In this document: piece after piece, positions 12,301-24,300 of the stretch
Layout: every line of letters starts with the position of its first letter
Position numbering within the stretch: position 1 is the first letter of the stretch
Assembly: GCA_013239625.1 (NCBI GenBank)
Contig: MU053557.1
Coordinates: 4,680,123-4,744,122, forward strand
DNA length: 64,000 bases
Origin: Lama guanicoe
Taxonomy: Eukaryota
Direction: 5' to 3'
The notes under the pieces: model-generated
What the model was told of the DNA's origin: nothing
The model's database searches: none
Seen by the model: only the letters and a program-made list of their open reading frames with translations
Translations under genes and position numbers: made by a program

Positions 12301-15300
12301 AAGAGGTGCCCTGAGCTAATAGATGCTCAAGAGAGGTGCCACCCGCTGTCAGGGATTATGAGCACCAGCCCTCAGTCATCATCTAAGCATTTCATCAAAC
12401 CACACTTTAAAAGGCACTAGCGTAATATTGGTTGCTATAATTCAGTAGCTTAGCATTGTTATTTTAAATTGGATCTCCTTACTGACAGCTTAGGTTGTAG
12501 GAGTTATGCTTAAAAACTTTAAATCTTATGTTTCCCCAATCCTGCTACATAATTTTAGACTCTTCAAACATAGCCTGTAACTGTACTAAATTGATATTTC
12601 CTCACGTCTGAGTCTACGAAGCATATTTCGTTTTAAATAGAGTACATTTTAATTTTTGATGAGCCGCACAATTTTTTTTTTAGATTTTTAGGGTTACCAA
12701 ACATCTTGAATCACATGGAAAATATTGCAGCATAGTAGTTTGAGGTTTGTACGTATAAAGTCTGTTTCCAACTGGCTCCTCTCAGGGCGCCACAGACTCA
12801 AGACGATGTGGCCGTTTTCTCGCCAGTTACATGTCACAGCTGCTTCACCAGCCAATTTGTCCATGTTGGTTAGAATTAGGTCCAGAATAGCAGTTGCCCT
12901 GGTTGCTTCCTCTATTTTCTGGGAAACAAAATTGCCTGCCGGGCAAGTCAAGAACTTGTGAGATACTTGGATTTTAGCTCACTGAGGTGTTTTATTCGTC
13001 TGGACTTCTTCAATGGCAGGAACTCAGCTCACACGACATTAGGTGAAAGGGGACTGATCCACTCACAGAACTTAGAAGCTTCTAGGAACAGCACAGCAGG
13101 GTTGAGGGGCCCCCAAGAGGCGGCAGATGGGTCTTCTCCCTGCTGCCTTTTGAGAGCCTGGTGCTCTCCTGATCCGGACTGGCTGCTCCCTGTCAGGGCA
13201 AGGAGGACATGGCCGGCTCCTGGGCATGTGGGCACAGCGAGGCAGTATTTCCTGCAAAGTTCGGCAGAGATGTCCTAGAGAGCCTCCAAGGAGGGTCACA
13301 TGCCCACAGCCCGGCCAGGGCGGGGAGACGGCGATGGGCAAGCAGGCAAGACGTCTAAGTTCCCTAAATCCCAATTTCCCCACTAAAAACAGAGAACCAT
13401 AGGCCCCACCTCACCAGGCTCTTGTGAGGGTTAAATATGTAAATGCACGGGAAGGACCCAGCATAGAGCCTGGCGTCACTGGCTCTGCCATTCCAAGCTT
13501 ATGTTACACAGCCTGTCCTGTAGAAACGGCCATTCCCCAGAGCCATGCACTAAAAATGCTGGTTATTGTCATCAGTGTTAAGAACACTTAGCATAGGGCT
13601 CAGCGTATACCTTTTAGTCTCGTACTATTATTATGAAGGCCATGTCGCATGAGGCCTGGCATAGGCACTCTTTTAAATATTAGTTGTAGTAACAGCAATA
13701 AGGCTGATAAGAATACTTAGGGCCTGACATAGACGAAGCACTCAGGACATCTGAATTACTGTCCTGAGTGCTACCAGCACCAGGGGAACTACGGGGCACC
13801 TCGGCACTGCCAGTCCCCCTTCCTCATCCTGCCTCACGTCCTCCATGGCAACCAGCATCATGGCAGCCACGTGCTTTTCTCCCTCCACCTGTTTGTTAAG
13901 CTTCAAGCCCACTTGATCATGTCAGCTCCAGGCAAACTGGTCTTTTCCACTTCTCCCGTGGTGTCCTCGTCCCTGGGCACAAGCCCAGCCTTCCAGAAGG
14001 GTGCGCTGGCAGCCAAGCCAGGCTTCCGCTCAGTGACTCCACCTGCCCAGCCAGCCCTCCGCGTGCGGCATGGCTCCCGCTCACCAGGCCCCGGCTCCGG
14101 GAGCAGGAGAGGAAATAACACCCGCCCCGTTCAGGTGTCTCCATTAGTCCCTTCCCTCACCCACACTACACCCTGGCAGACAGGGGGCTTTGCGTACAGG
14201 AAGGGAGATATGTAACAGCAACAACAGGCACTTACATGGTGCCTGCTCTTGGCGGACGCTGTCCTCAGTGCCCTGCATGTATTAACTCATTAATCCACAC
14301 AACAAAATTAAGGCAGCTACTGTAATCATCCCCACCTTCTAGATGGGAAAACTAAGGCACAGAAAGGTCACTGACTTGGCTCCAGACGATGCAGCTAGTA
14401 AGTGATGTAACCAGGATTTGAACCCCCTCAGACTGTTACATTAAATAACCCATAGATTGCCTCATAGATGGTAAAGACTTCCCAGTGCCCAAGATTACTA
14501 TGATAGTGATACCGTTTATTACATGTTGATGATTATTCCGTGTCAGATTCAACAGAAGGGCTCACTCTTCTGCTGAGATTGGAACCATTAGGAACAAGTG
14601 AAGAGAAGAGCGCCCCGTGGTCTACAGAAGCGGTCCCCCTAGTGATGGGGGAGTGGGGCAGGGAATTTTTTTAAATAGAGGTAATATTCACATAACATAA
14701 AATTAACCATTTTAAAGTGACTAATTCAGTAGCTTTTAGTATATTCACAATTCTGAGCAACCACCACGTCTGTCTAGTTCCAAGACACTTTCATCACCCC
14801 AAGAGGAAACCTGTAGCCATTAAGCAATTGTTCCTCATTCCCCGAGCCCCGGGCCGCCACCAATGTGCTTTCTGTCTCTAGAAATTTACCTATTTTGGGT
14901 AGTTCATATAGATGTGACCTTTAGTGTCTGGCTTCTTTTACTTAGCATAATGTTTTCTAGATTCACCCACATTGTACCATGCATCAGTGTTTCCTTCCTT
15001 TTTATGGCTGAATAATATTCCATTAGATGTATACACTACATTTTAAAGTGATTTTAAAGGAGCCATTCCAGGGGCCTACGATTCTATGTCACAAAGGTAG
15101 TGCTGCTGACATAAAGGCAGAACTCGGAAACCTTACCCTTTATGATCAAGAGAAATCCAGAGAACAAACCTAACACTCCCACTGAGATCAGGGGCTGAGA
15201 ACTCAAATGCCTGCTTAAATGAGCAAGAAGAGCCAGGAGGCAGACAGCAGGGAGGGTCCCTGGCCACCTACAGTGTCTAAAAGCATTCATATTCAAAAAT

Positions 15301-18300
15301 ACTTTTAAAAAGCACTGTGCTGGCCAAACAGAACCTTCTGGTGAGCCAGTTTCAGTCTCTCCCTGCTGTGTCTGTAGCCCTAGCTGGGCTTCTGGAAAGC
15401 TGGCACCAGCTCCAACTTTGGTATTAAAATCTCCACTAACGCAAAAAAAAAAAGGCAAATTGAATTTCAAGGTCTGGCAGAGAGGTGGGTGGGTTCCCAA
15501 ATTTTAAATAATCCAAAATGTTATAGGTGTGGGGTGTGCTGTAACCAGTCAGAGAAGACTGTGTGCTAATTCTGTTGAGGATTAAAAACAGTGTTAATGC
15601 CCATCTGAGGGACAGTTTTGGAGACTTAGATCTCAGGCTCTGAGTCAGCTGATACAGAAATAGCTAATCCTTCACTTTTAGAACATTTACGGGAGATTTT
15701 AACTGCAGAATCTGGAATTGTGGGGGACAGTCTCAGAGGATGAGAGTGACTCGTGGAATCAGGAGTCTGACAAGCAAAAAATGTTGAATTCTTACAGTAA
15801 GTTGAAGAGTTCTGTCTTGTAAAATTGGTGTCTTTACCCTGTGACATTCCAAGGGAACACATTTGGAGTGTTAACTATACCTAGCTGTGTGGTTCTCCAA
15901 TTTAGAGTCATAAATGACCTGGGGAGCTTGTTAAAAATCAGACCATTCCCAGGCCCCTCCTTTAGGAAATGGCCTTCGGGGGCTCTTCAGGGGCCCCAGG
16001 AATCTGCATTTTACCAGGTTGCTGAACAAGTGGTCCACAGGTCACATTTATCAAACTCCGATCTAGTGAATATTCTTACAGACACTCAACCTGGACTTGT
16101 AGCTGTCGGTCAGAGACTAGATTATTACACCAGTTGTCCAGATCTGAGTCCAGCTTAGAAAATTCATCTGGCCTAAAATAGAATATCATGTTTCTTTTGT
16201 TTATTCGTTCACTCAGTGAGTATTTATTCAGCATCTGTAGTCCCAGCAGGTGTATCTATAGATAAAAACAGTAAGAATCCTGCTCCTTGTAGAACTTACA
16301 TTCTAGTCAAGATTATTGGATAGGGGCAAAAGAAATTGAGTTTTTTTTCCGTACAGAGAAGCCTGTTGAGATGGAAACAGAATCTCTAAGGGCTTGGAGA
16401 GATAGGAAGCGTCCATTAGTGTAATGACCACCTAATGCATCTCTCTCCGCGACAAAATCCCCGCTGAGCACTTATCTTCCCAGTGTGTGTGCTTAAATAC
16501 TTCCAGGGACAGGAAGCTCATTCTCAGAACGAACGCATTCAATCTTCAGACATTCAGTTTTCCTTCCCTGAAACTTCTGCCCTTGATCCTTGTTCAACTT
16601 CACAAAACATAATGAACAAGGTAATCTCTCTTCCCACAGAGAGACATCAAAATACTCAAAATCCCTTTTCACCATTCCATCACATCTTCTCTTCTCCATG
16701 GAGAAGACCCTGCCTATGGCCTAATTTTGGGTCCCCTCTCTGTCCTGGTTACCGTCATCTGAGGGTACATATCCCTCTCTGTCCTTTTTTCCAACTACAA
16801 AGACGGGATCCAGCCCATCTTTCATTCATTTCTGAATCAGGTACTGTTTGAGGATGAGATTGTTAGGATGAGAGCTATTGACTGATAATATGCGTATGCA
16901 GACCATCATCTCATAGGGGTCCTCACAAGCTAATCATCTTTTCTTAACCTTCACTTATCTAAATTTATTGCTAACTTCCAAAATAATCCTTCCCTCTTCA
17001 AATGATCTATTGCCAACTCCCAAACTTCCGGTTTTCTAAAATTTCTAATTAGTTGTATTTTCTTTCTCCCTTTTGATTCCCCTCCCTCACTTATAAAAAC
17101 TTGAATTCGTGTATGCAGAGTGCTGAAGCCATTTGTGGCTTAGCCTTATTTGGGAACAGATATGTCAGTGGCATGGAGAGACCAGCTGGGCTGACTTCCT
17201 CCCTTTACACATCATTTCCCCCTCCCCCGTGAGAACCTCTGCCTGACCCTTTACCTTCCTTATGCTTTGCACTTAATCTCACGACCTTCCTAGACATCTG
17301 TGTCCACCTCACCCATTCCCTGCAGTGACCTGTAACATATGCTTCCTGCCAGAGCCACTGCAGTAAACAACTCCTGGTGGATTCCGCAGCAACTTGGAGA
17401 GGACCCGGAAATGCTCTCTCTAATGATTCCCCAAAGCTCGGATCCCCACCCAGCACCTGGTAGCGGACACACCCTAAGATCGCTGGATCAAGCCGCAGAC
17501 CCAGGGTCCCTCTACTGGGCTCTAAGGGCCATTGCACTTTACATTAGGAGGAAATACATTCATGTAGAACCAATTAGGAACACCCAGGAGTGTCAGCAAA
17601 CAAGAGTCAAAGATCCAGTCAAAACTGGCCCTAGAATTAGAATTCGTGAGGTGAAAATAATAATGTCCGAGACCATCCAAAGCCCACCTCCTCATTATTC
17701 AGATGAGGAAACTGCGATAGAGCAGAGACCCAGGGCTCCTTCCTTTGGGCCCACCCTCCCTCCACCATGCTTTCGGGCGTAATTGTTTACCCTTACACCG
17801 CCCTCCTGTCCTTCGCCAGTATCCAGCCCGAGGAGTTCCAGGCAACAGACCATAATGGAAAATATATTCTAAAAACAAAGTCAGACAAACAAATGCCATC
17901 TGGGTGCTCAGGAATCTAGCCATTTGCTGGCTCCTTTCCTTTCAGGGTTGGAAACAAGAGAAATAGCAGCGGAGGGATAACATGTTCCTATTTTTCCATC
18001 TAATCCAAGACACCTGTCCTTTCTTTGGGGAATGTGTCATATTTGGGGCTTCTTCTCAACATGTGACCAGCCACCTGTTGCTCATGCCTTTCCAAACTGG
18101 CATCTTGGGTTCAGGGCTGGCCAACTGGACCCCCACCCACAATAAAACGTGGGCATTTGCAGGAGACTAAATTTGAAGAGTCTGGAGTCTCTTGGGAATT
18201 AGCAGGTCAAGGCAGGCAGAATATACATCGTGGCACCTCCTCCCCTTAAATGTGATAGCTCTGGTAGACGGTCCTAAGTCTTTGAAGAGAAAGGAAAGCA

Positions 18301-21300
18301 GGAGTTCGCCACAGTCTGTCACTGTATTTCATCTCCACTGCCATCCATTCATTCAGCAAATCCTCACTGACCACCTGCTATGTGTCACTCACTGCCAACC
18401 GTCCACTCGCCTCATCACCCCGCAAACATGTGTGGGGCTCCGCTGAGAGCCAGGTCCCGGGCTGGACGCTGTGGGAGACCCAGCAATGAAGACAGCTCGG
18501 CTCTGCCTGAGCAGGAGGTCTTAATTTAGTTGGGGTGATAAACCCCAAGGCTGCTGTGTTTTAAGGACGTATGTGTTGGGAAAGATACAGAGAACTATGG
18601 ATCACGGAGGAGAAAGAAGTCGCTCCCAGCTGGCAGGTGAGAAAGTTTGCCAGAAGATGTGACATGAGACGTGGACCTTGAGGAAGGGCGAGATTTGGAC
18701 CTGCAGAATGAGTGAAGAGTGCATGGGTGGTTGAATCGATGTAGCGGCAGAGATCCAGGAAAACCAGGGGGTCCTCCCGGCTGCTGTGCAGGGCACAGGA
18801 GCTGCCAGGGGAGTAAATGGAGGTGGGGGGTGGGGAGAGACGTCGAATTTGGGTATGTGTGAAAGATCTGAGTCTTTGCTATTTTCCTGGCCCCTTAGGT
18901 TCTGAGGTTTGGCACCCCATCTGCAAACAGGCAGCCCGGGCAGAGAAGAAGTTAAAGGTAAGCAATTAAGCAAGCTGGTGGTGATACCAGCCAGCTACTT
19001 CTAGACACAGGCTGGGGGCACTGTGCTGTACAGAGAGTCACTCCTTAGTGTGTGCACTTTCAAATGTGTGCCTGTATCCTTGGATTTCCTCAGTGGTAAC
19101 ATCCACCTCATGGGGCTTTTGAAGGGATTGAGACTTTTGGATATGACAGCACTTTGTAAACTGTAAGGCACCGTATGAATGTGTGTTTTTAGTATTTCTG
19201 GAATGAGGCTATACCCTTCCCATTACTTACCAAGATGGTGGCCCCTCTGAGGCACATAAGCCCTGGTTTTCCCCAGCCTAAGGTCATTTGTTAATAATAG
19301 TAGTTAAAATTATCACAGAAATGAACAGCTTGCAAAGCATCTTCACAAGCCACTGTCTCATTTGATTTCTTTAACCCCATAGGGCAGATGGGTAAAGAAT
19401 TTTATCTTTGCTTTGCTTATGAGAAAACCAAGGCTTTAAAGAGGGTGGTGATTTGCCCGGCAGTAATGCAGCCAGCCGCCCAGGCGCACGCTGGAGCAGC
19501 TGAGGTCCTGTGTCCCTCTGAATTACTGTGCAGGAAGTCCTGTGGATCCGGATTCTTGATCCAAGGACTACAGGAGTGGGCAGCATCTCCTGAGTCCTTG
19601 ATGCTGAAGAGGGGAGACCTGGGGTGTGTACTGGGGGGCCCTCGATGAGCTCCAAGGTGCCTCTGCACTCTGGCCCTGGATATCAGCTCGGCCCCTTGGG
19701 GCTCTACTAAAGTTACCTGCTAGAGTCTCCACTAAAAACACGTGTACAGCTTCTGACCAGCTGGTTAAATGTTATCTCCTTTGCTGTCTTATCTATTTCA
19801 TTCATGAAGAGCTGGTCAATTGCTGCATAATTTTTTTGAGCTGTGAGTTTATTTCCCTGTTTTTTCCAAGGCCTCTCTCTTTCAAGGGCTAAGACCTGAG
19901 TGTCCTTTTCTTCCTCCATTCCTCCTCTTTCTTGCCATTTTTCGAATTTCAGTTCTCCTTCTATATGCTAATGCTTTTTGCTGTATGTACCACCTTGTCT
20001 TTACATACTTCATATTTTTCTTGAAGTCAAGTCACTACTTTTTACTTAACTAAGCTTATTTTAAAATAAGACTTTATATCACCAAATGGAAAACCAGTAT
20101 TTCTATAAGTAGAAGGTAACTCTAAAATAAATTCATTGAAAATGAAATAATTCATAAGAATAACTCTTACAAATTCTAGCTAGATCATGTTGCCTGCTCT
20201 CTGTTTGTTAAAAAAAAAAGAGGGGAGGAGGGGGGATGGAATTAGCAATTGTTGAAATGTATTAGGACTAGATTAAGACTTCCTCCTTGATCTAACCAAG
20301 AGGATTGAAATAGAATTTTACGTTTTACTCTCTCACTCTGTGACTCAGCATTATCAAAGTTTCTGCCTAAATTCTTCTCCCCAGAGCCAGACTGGTTCAC
20401 TGTCCACAGCCTGGGAAACAGTGCTGGATAGCCCACTCCTGTCTTAGATGCACCAAGATGAACATTGTGCTGTTGTGTTAAGGGAGCCATTAATCCATCA
20501 TTGCCGTTGTTCAGAGAAAGGTTTCTTCATTTTCTCACTTAGGCTGATGTCAATTTGCAATGTATACACTAGAAAGAACCATATTGTACAATTACATGAA
20601 GCTTAACCTACTTTTTAGGTTTTATATAAACAAACTGCTAAGGAATGATACTAACCAATTTTATTCACGTAAAGTAAATATGTTATTGAGTGGGATAAGC
20701 CTAAATGAAAAATTTAAGGCTTTTATGAGCTGCTTCCTATCAAAAAGGCCAGTTACAGATATGTAAAAAAAATTATATCAATAACCTAAAGTCCTGTGCA
20801 TTTCCGATTTCATTCATACTCAGACGCTGATTAAAAAGGCAGAAGATAGACAGTGCAGAAATAGCCAGAGAGTGCTTTTAACAGCACTGCTAATGTTCCC
20901 TGAAGAACTGTATGCCTGTCTCCCCCTCCCCACCAAGCTGGAGGTGCCGCAGCCTCTCACCCTCTGTCTCGTCTCTCCCACAGCACAGGCGGACGTCTGA
21001 AACTTCCATCTCACCCCCTGGCTCTAGCATCGGGTCACCCAACCGAGTCATCTGCGTATGTATCACTTCTCAGCCGCCAAAGGCCTTGCTTATCCCCAGG
21101 CCTCGTAACTAAAGAGTCTCTAAGGACAGCGGTCAGGTTTCTGTCCACCCAATATCTAGCGTGTGCCTGCTGGAGGCTCCGTGCTGGGTCCCGAGGATGC
21201 GGTGGGGGACAAGGATGACATGGACGCAGCCCTCACCATGCCCACGGCCTCGTAAATTGCAGTAGGGGCTCCAAAACCAGTGCCACGTGCCTCTTCTCCA

Positions 21301-24300
21301 TGACTAATGGAGACCGGGGCAAGATGAAAATTTGGATCAGAGAGGTGTTTGGAGTGGCTCTTGGGTAGGATGTTGATGTGGAGATAGTGGTGTGTGATGA
21401 AGAGGCAAAAAGAGGGAAGATGCCACATGAATGTGGAAACACGACTGTCAAGCATTTGCAGACATAAAGAAGAGCTTAGTAATCATGAGAGAAGCCCAGG
21501 GATGCATGTGTCCAAGTTCCCATCCCCAGAGGCATTCAAACACAGAGACACTCCTCATTTGCAGCGATGTGGCAAAAGGGACAGGAGTTGATTTAGATGA
21601 CATCACAGGTCATTCATTCATTAATTCATTCACTAAACAAATGCGTGCTGAATGTCTCCTCTGGGTTAAGTGCTGGGCCCTGGTGAGCTGCACTGACCGG
21701 ATGCCTGTCCTCATAACACTGACTCCGTAATTCCACGCACAGTCAGAGGCCGCTGTGATAGGCAGTTGGAAGGAAAAGTGCACGGTGCTCTGACGTTGCT
21801 ACAGATGAACAGAGGGACCTGTCGGTCTTGTTGGGGGAAAGAGTCCCCTGAGGAAGAAACATCTAAGCTCATGCCTGAGAGAGAAGCAGAATGAGGGTAG
21901 GGAGCAGAGCCAAAAAGGACTGCAGTGAGCGGGGCGGGGGCTGGCAGTCAGCAAACCCCAATCGGACTGAGTCCGGACTCTCACAGCCTTTCTCAGGTCA
22001 CAGTTGCCATGAAGACCAGAAATGCGGGAAGCAGTCTAGAGCAGGAAACCCACTCCTAGTAAGAAGCTCTAGATACTGTCCCCACGCCAGCCAGCCGTGG
22101 GTGGGCCCTGCCTACCATTGCTGGATCATTATCTCACTCCAAATCCACATCCAAGATCCTCCTTGATCCCTGGATAAAGCCCATTCATGAGACTGTTTCC
22201 TTTCCTTCCGTCCTCTGTTCAAATGAAAAAAAAAAAAAAAAGACGTAAGTTATCATCGACCACAACTTCAACGTTGGCCACTGCAACATGTGGCTCCCAC
22301 AAAAGACTAGCAACTTTGATCATAAGCTGTCCTCATTGAAGAGTCCGATCCAGATCAAGAGAGATGCTAGTCTCACCCCGGTGCTGTGAGTGGGGCCAGA
22401 CCGCAGCAGGATGAATGAGCTTAGTTTCAGGGCCTGTAATGTGAGAAGTTACTGACAAAAGTGAGCACGTCTCTAGAAGAGCGTTACCAGGATCTGTGAG
22501 CTCAGGACACACGCAGCTGCACAGAATGTCTTTTGTCCCAGGGTGGCCTCGCCGGTGCTCCTGGGGAGCCTCATTAACTTCTGTGAAATAAGTTAGGCCC
22601 TGATGATGTCCACCCCGGAGTTCTGGAGGAAGCTCGTGGAGTTGCTTCATGAGAAGCAGCCCCACTGCAGATGAGCGCCAGCAGCTGGGGATGCCTGCCA
22701 TCGGGCCCTCCACCTGGGGGCTCATCCACTGAGACCAGTCACCCCTGGTGTCCCAGCAGAGGCATGTGTCTCCCCTTCTGTTTTCTTCCGCTCTCCCTTG
22801 AATGGTGTCTCTCCTCCAGCTGCTCTGGGGACTGACTCTGCATGTCATGTGAGCCATGTTTTAAGTCAGACCATTCCAAGCATAGCTTCCAAATTCAGAG
22901 ACGAGTCCAGTCAACCACTTTTGGGACATTCAGTAACTGGCAGAAAGATCAAGTATTGGTTTAACTTTCATAAATACGGAGGTTTGGTATTAAAACAGAA
23001 TGATCCGTGAGCCTGCAGGGGACAGGTTCTTTCCAACTTTCAAACTTTGCCCTACTCCGTGCTGACTGCTAGAATTACCTTTGGGTGACTCTACTGGTCA
23101 GCCTGACGTGTTTGTTTCCTTCCTTCCTGGCTAGCTATGTTAGGATGCCTCCATTCTGTCACTGTGCCTCCAGACCTAAGGCTCATTTATAACCCTGTAA
23201 ACAAGGCGGCTATTGGAAGAAATATAAATTTAGTTGTTTTTTTTTGAGGTTTGGAGTAAAGTGCCAAGATGAATATTGATGAGTCGAGACAAATTAGTAA
23301 GATGCCAAGAGCTCTCAAGGTCAAGAGCTAACATCCCAGGACAAAAGGCAGTACGTGGACTCTCCTAATAAGGTTCCCTCTGCCCACACTCCCCCAAACT
23401 GGTACAGACGTGGGTGTCAGGCCTGGGCAGGCTCTGGCAGGAGTGAGCTGGCACACCTCAAAGGTTTAACTGTGATGGGAGCGTTTGCAGAGGGGCAGGC
23501 AGGGTCAGGGGACCACAAGACCTAGTGCGGCATCCAGGGGCAGCAACAGTGAGAGGCTGTCACCACCCTAAGCTAAAGGGAGGAGTGAGAGCTGGAGCCG
23601 AGGAAGAGCAGCCAGAGGGGCCCAGCCCCTGCGGCCGGGCTGGGCGGGTGCCAGGGAGACACGCACAAGCTGCTTTCTCCACTCAGCCCCACACTGGGCA
23701 AAGCCAGGGAGCCTGTGACACAGTTTGTGGGACCTCAGAGCCCAGAGCGGGGCCAGGAGGAGCGGACAGTGGGTCTCGGGCGAGTGGACGATGAACAGCA
23801 TGGTGCCCAAACAGCTGTGGATTGGGACAGGGATGGAGGAGAGGGAGGGCCTTGGGAAGTGTTTACGTCAGCACTCATAAGGTCTTGATATGAAAGTTGC
23901 TCTCTTTGGAGTCTTGGTCCTGAGACTTAACCTGGCTTCCGAGGCACTGGGAGACGGTACAGGGTATAGTCTCCTTGGATTCTCTGTCTAGTGGCCTCTC
24001 TCTCAATCTACCTTGTGAGCCACAGTGGTTACAGAGGACAGGTCCTGATTGACCACAGCAGAACCAGGTGACTGGAAACAGAGGGACCGGCTGGAGGATA
24101 CAGACAAGGAAAGGATGTGGCTTCAGGAGCCAGGAGATGTGGGTTGTCCCGGGCAGGGGAGGCTGTCTCTCGGTCCTTGCAGCTCTAGAGGGCTGAACTC
24201 AGGCGAAGTCAGGTAGTAGGTAGAGGCTCGCGTCAGTCCCACATAAAGAGCAGCTGTCTGAGTGCAGCCGTCTGACACTTGTAAGACAGTGAACTCGCCA

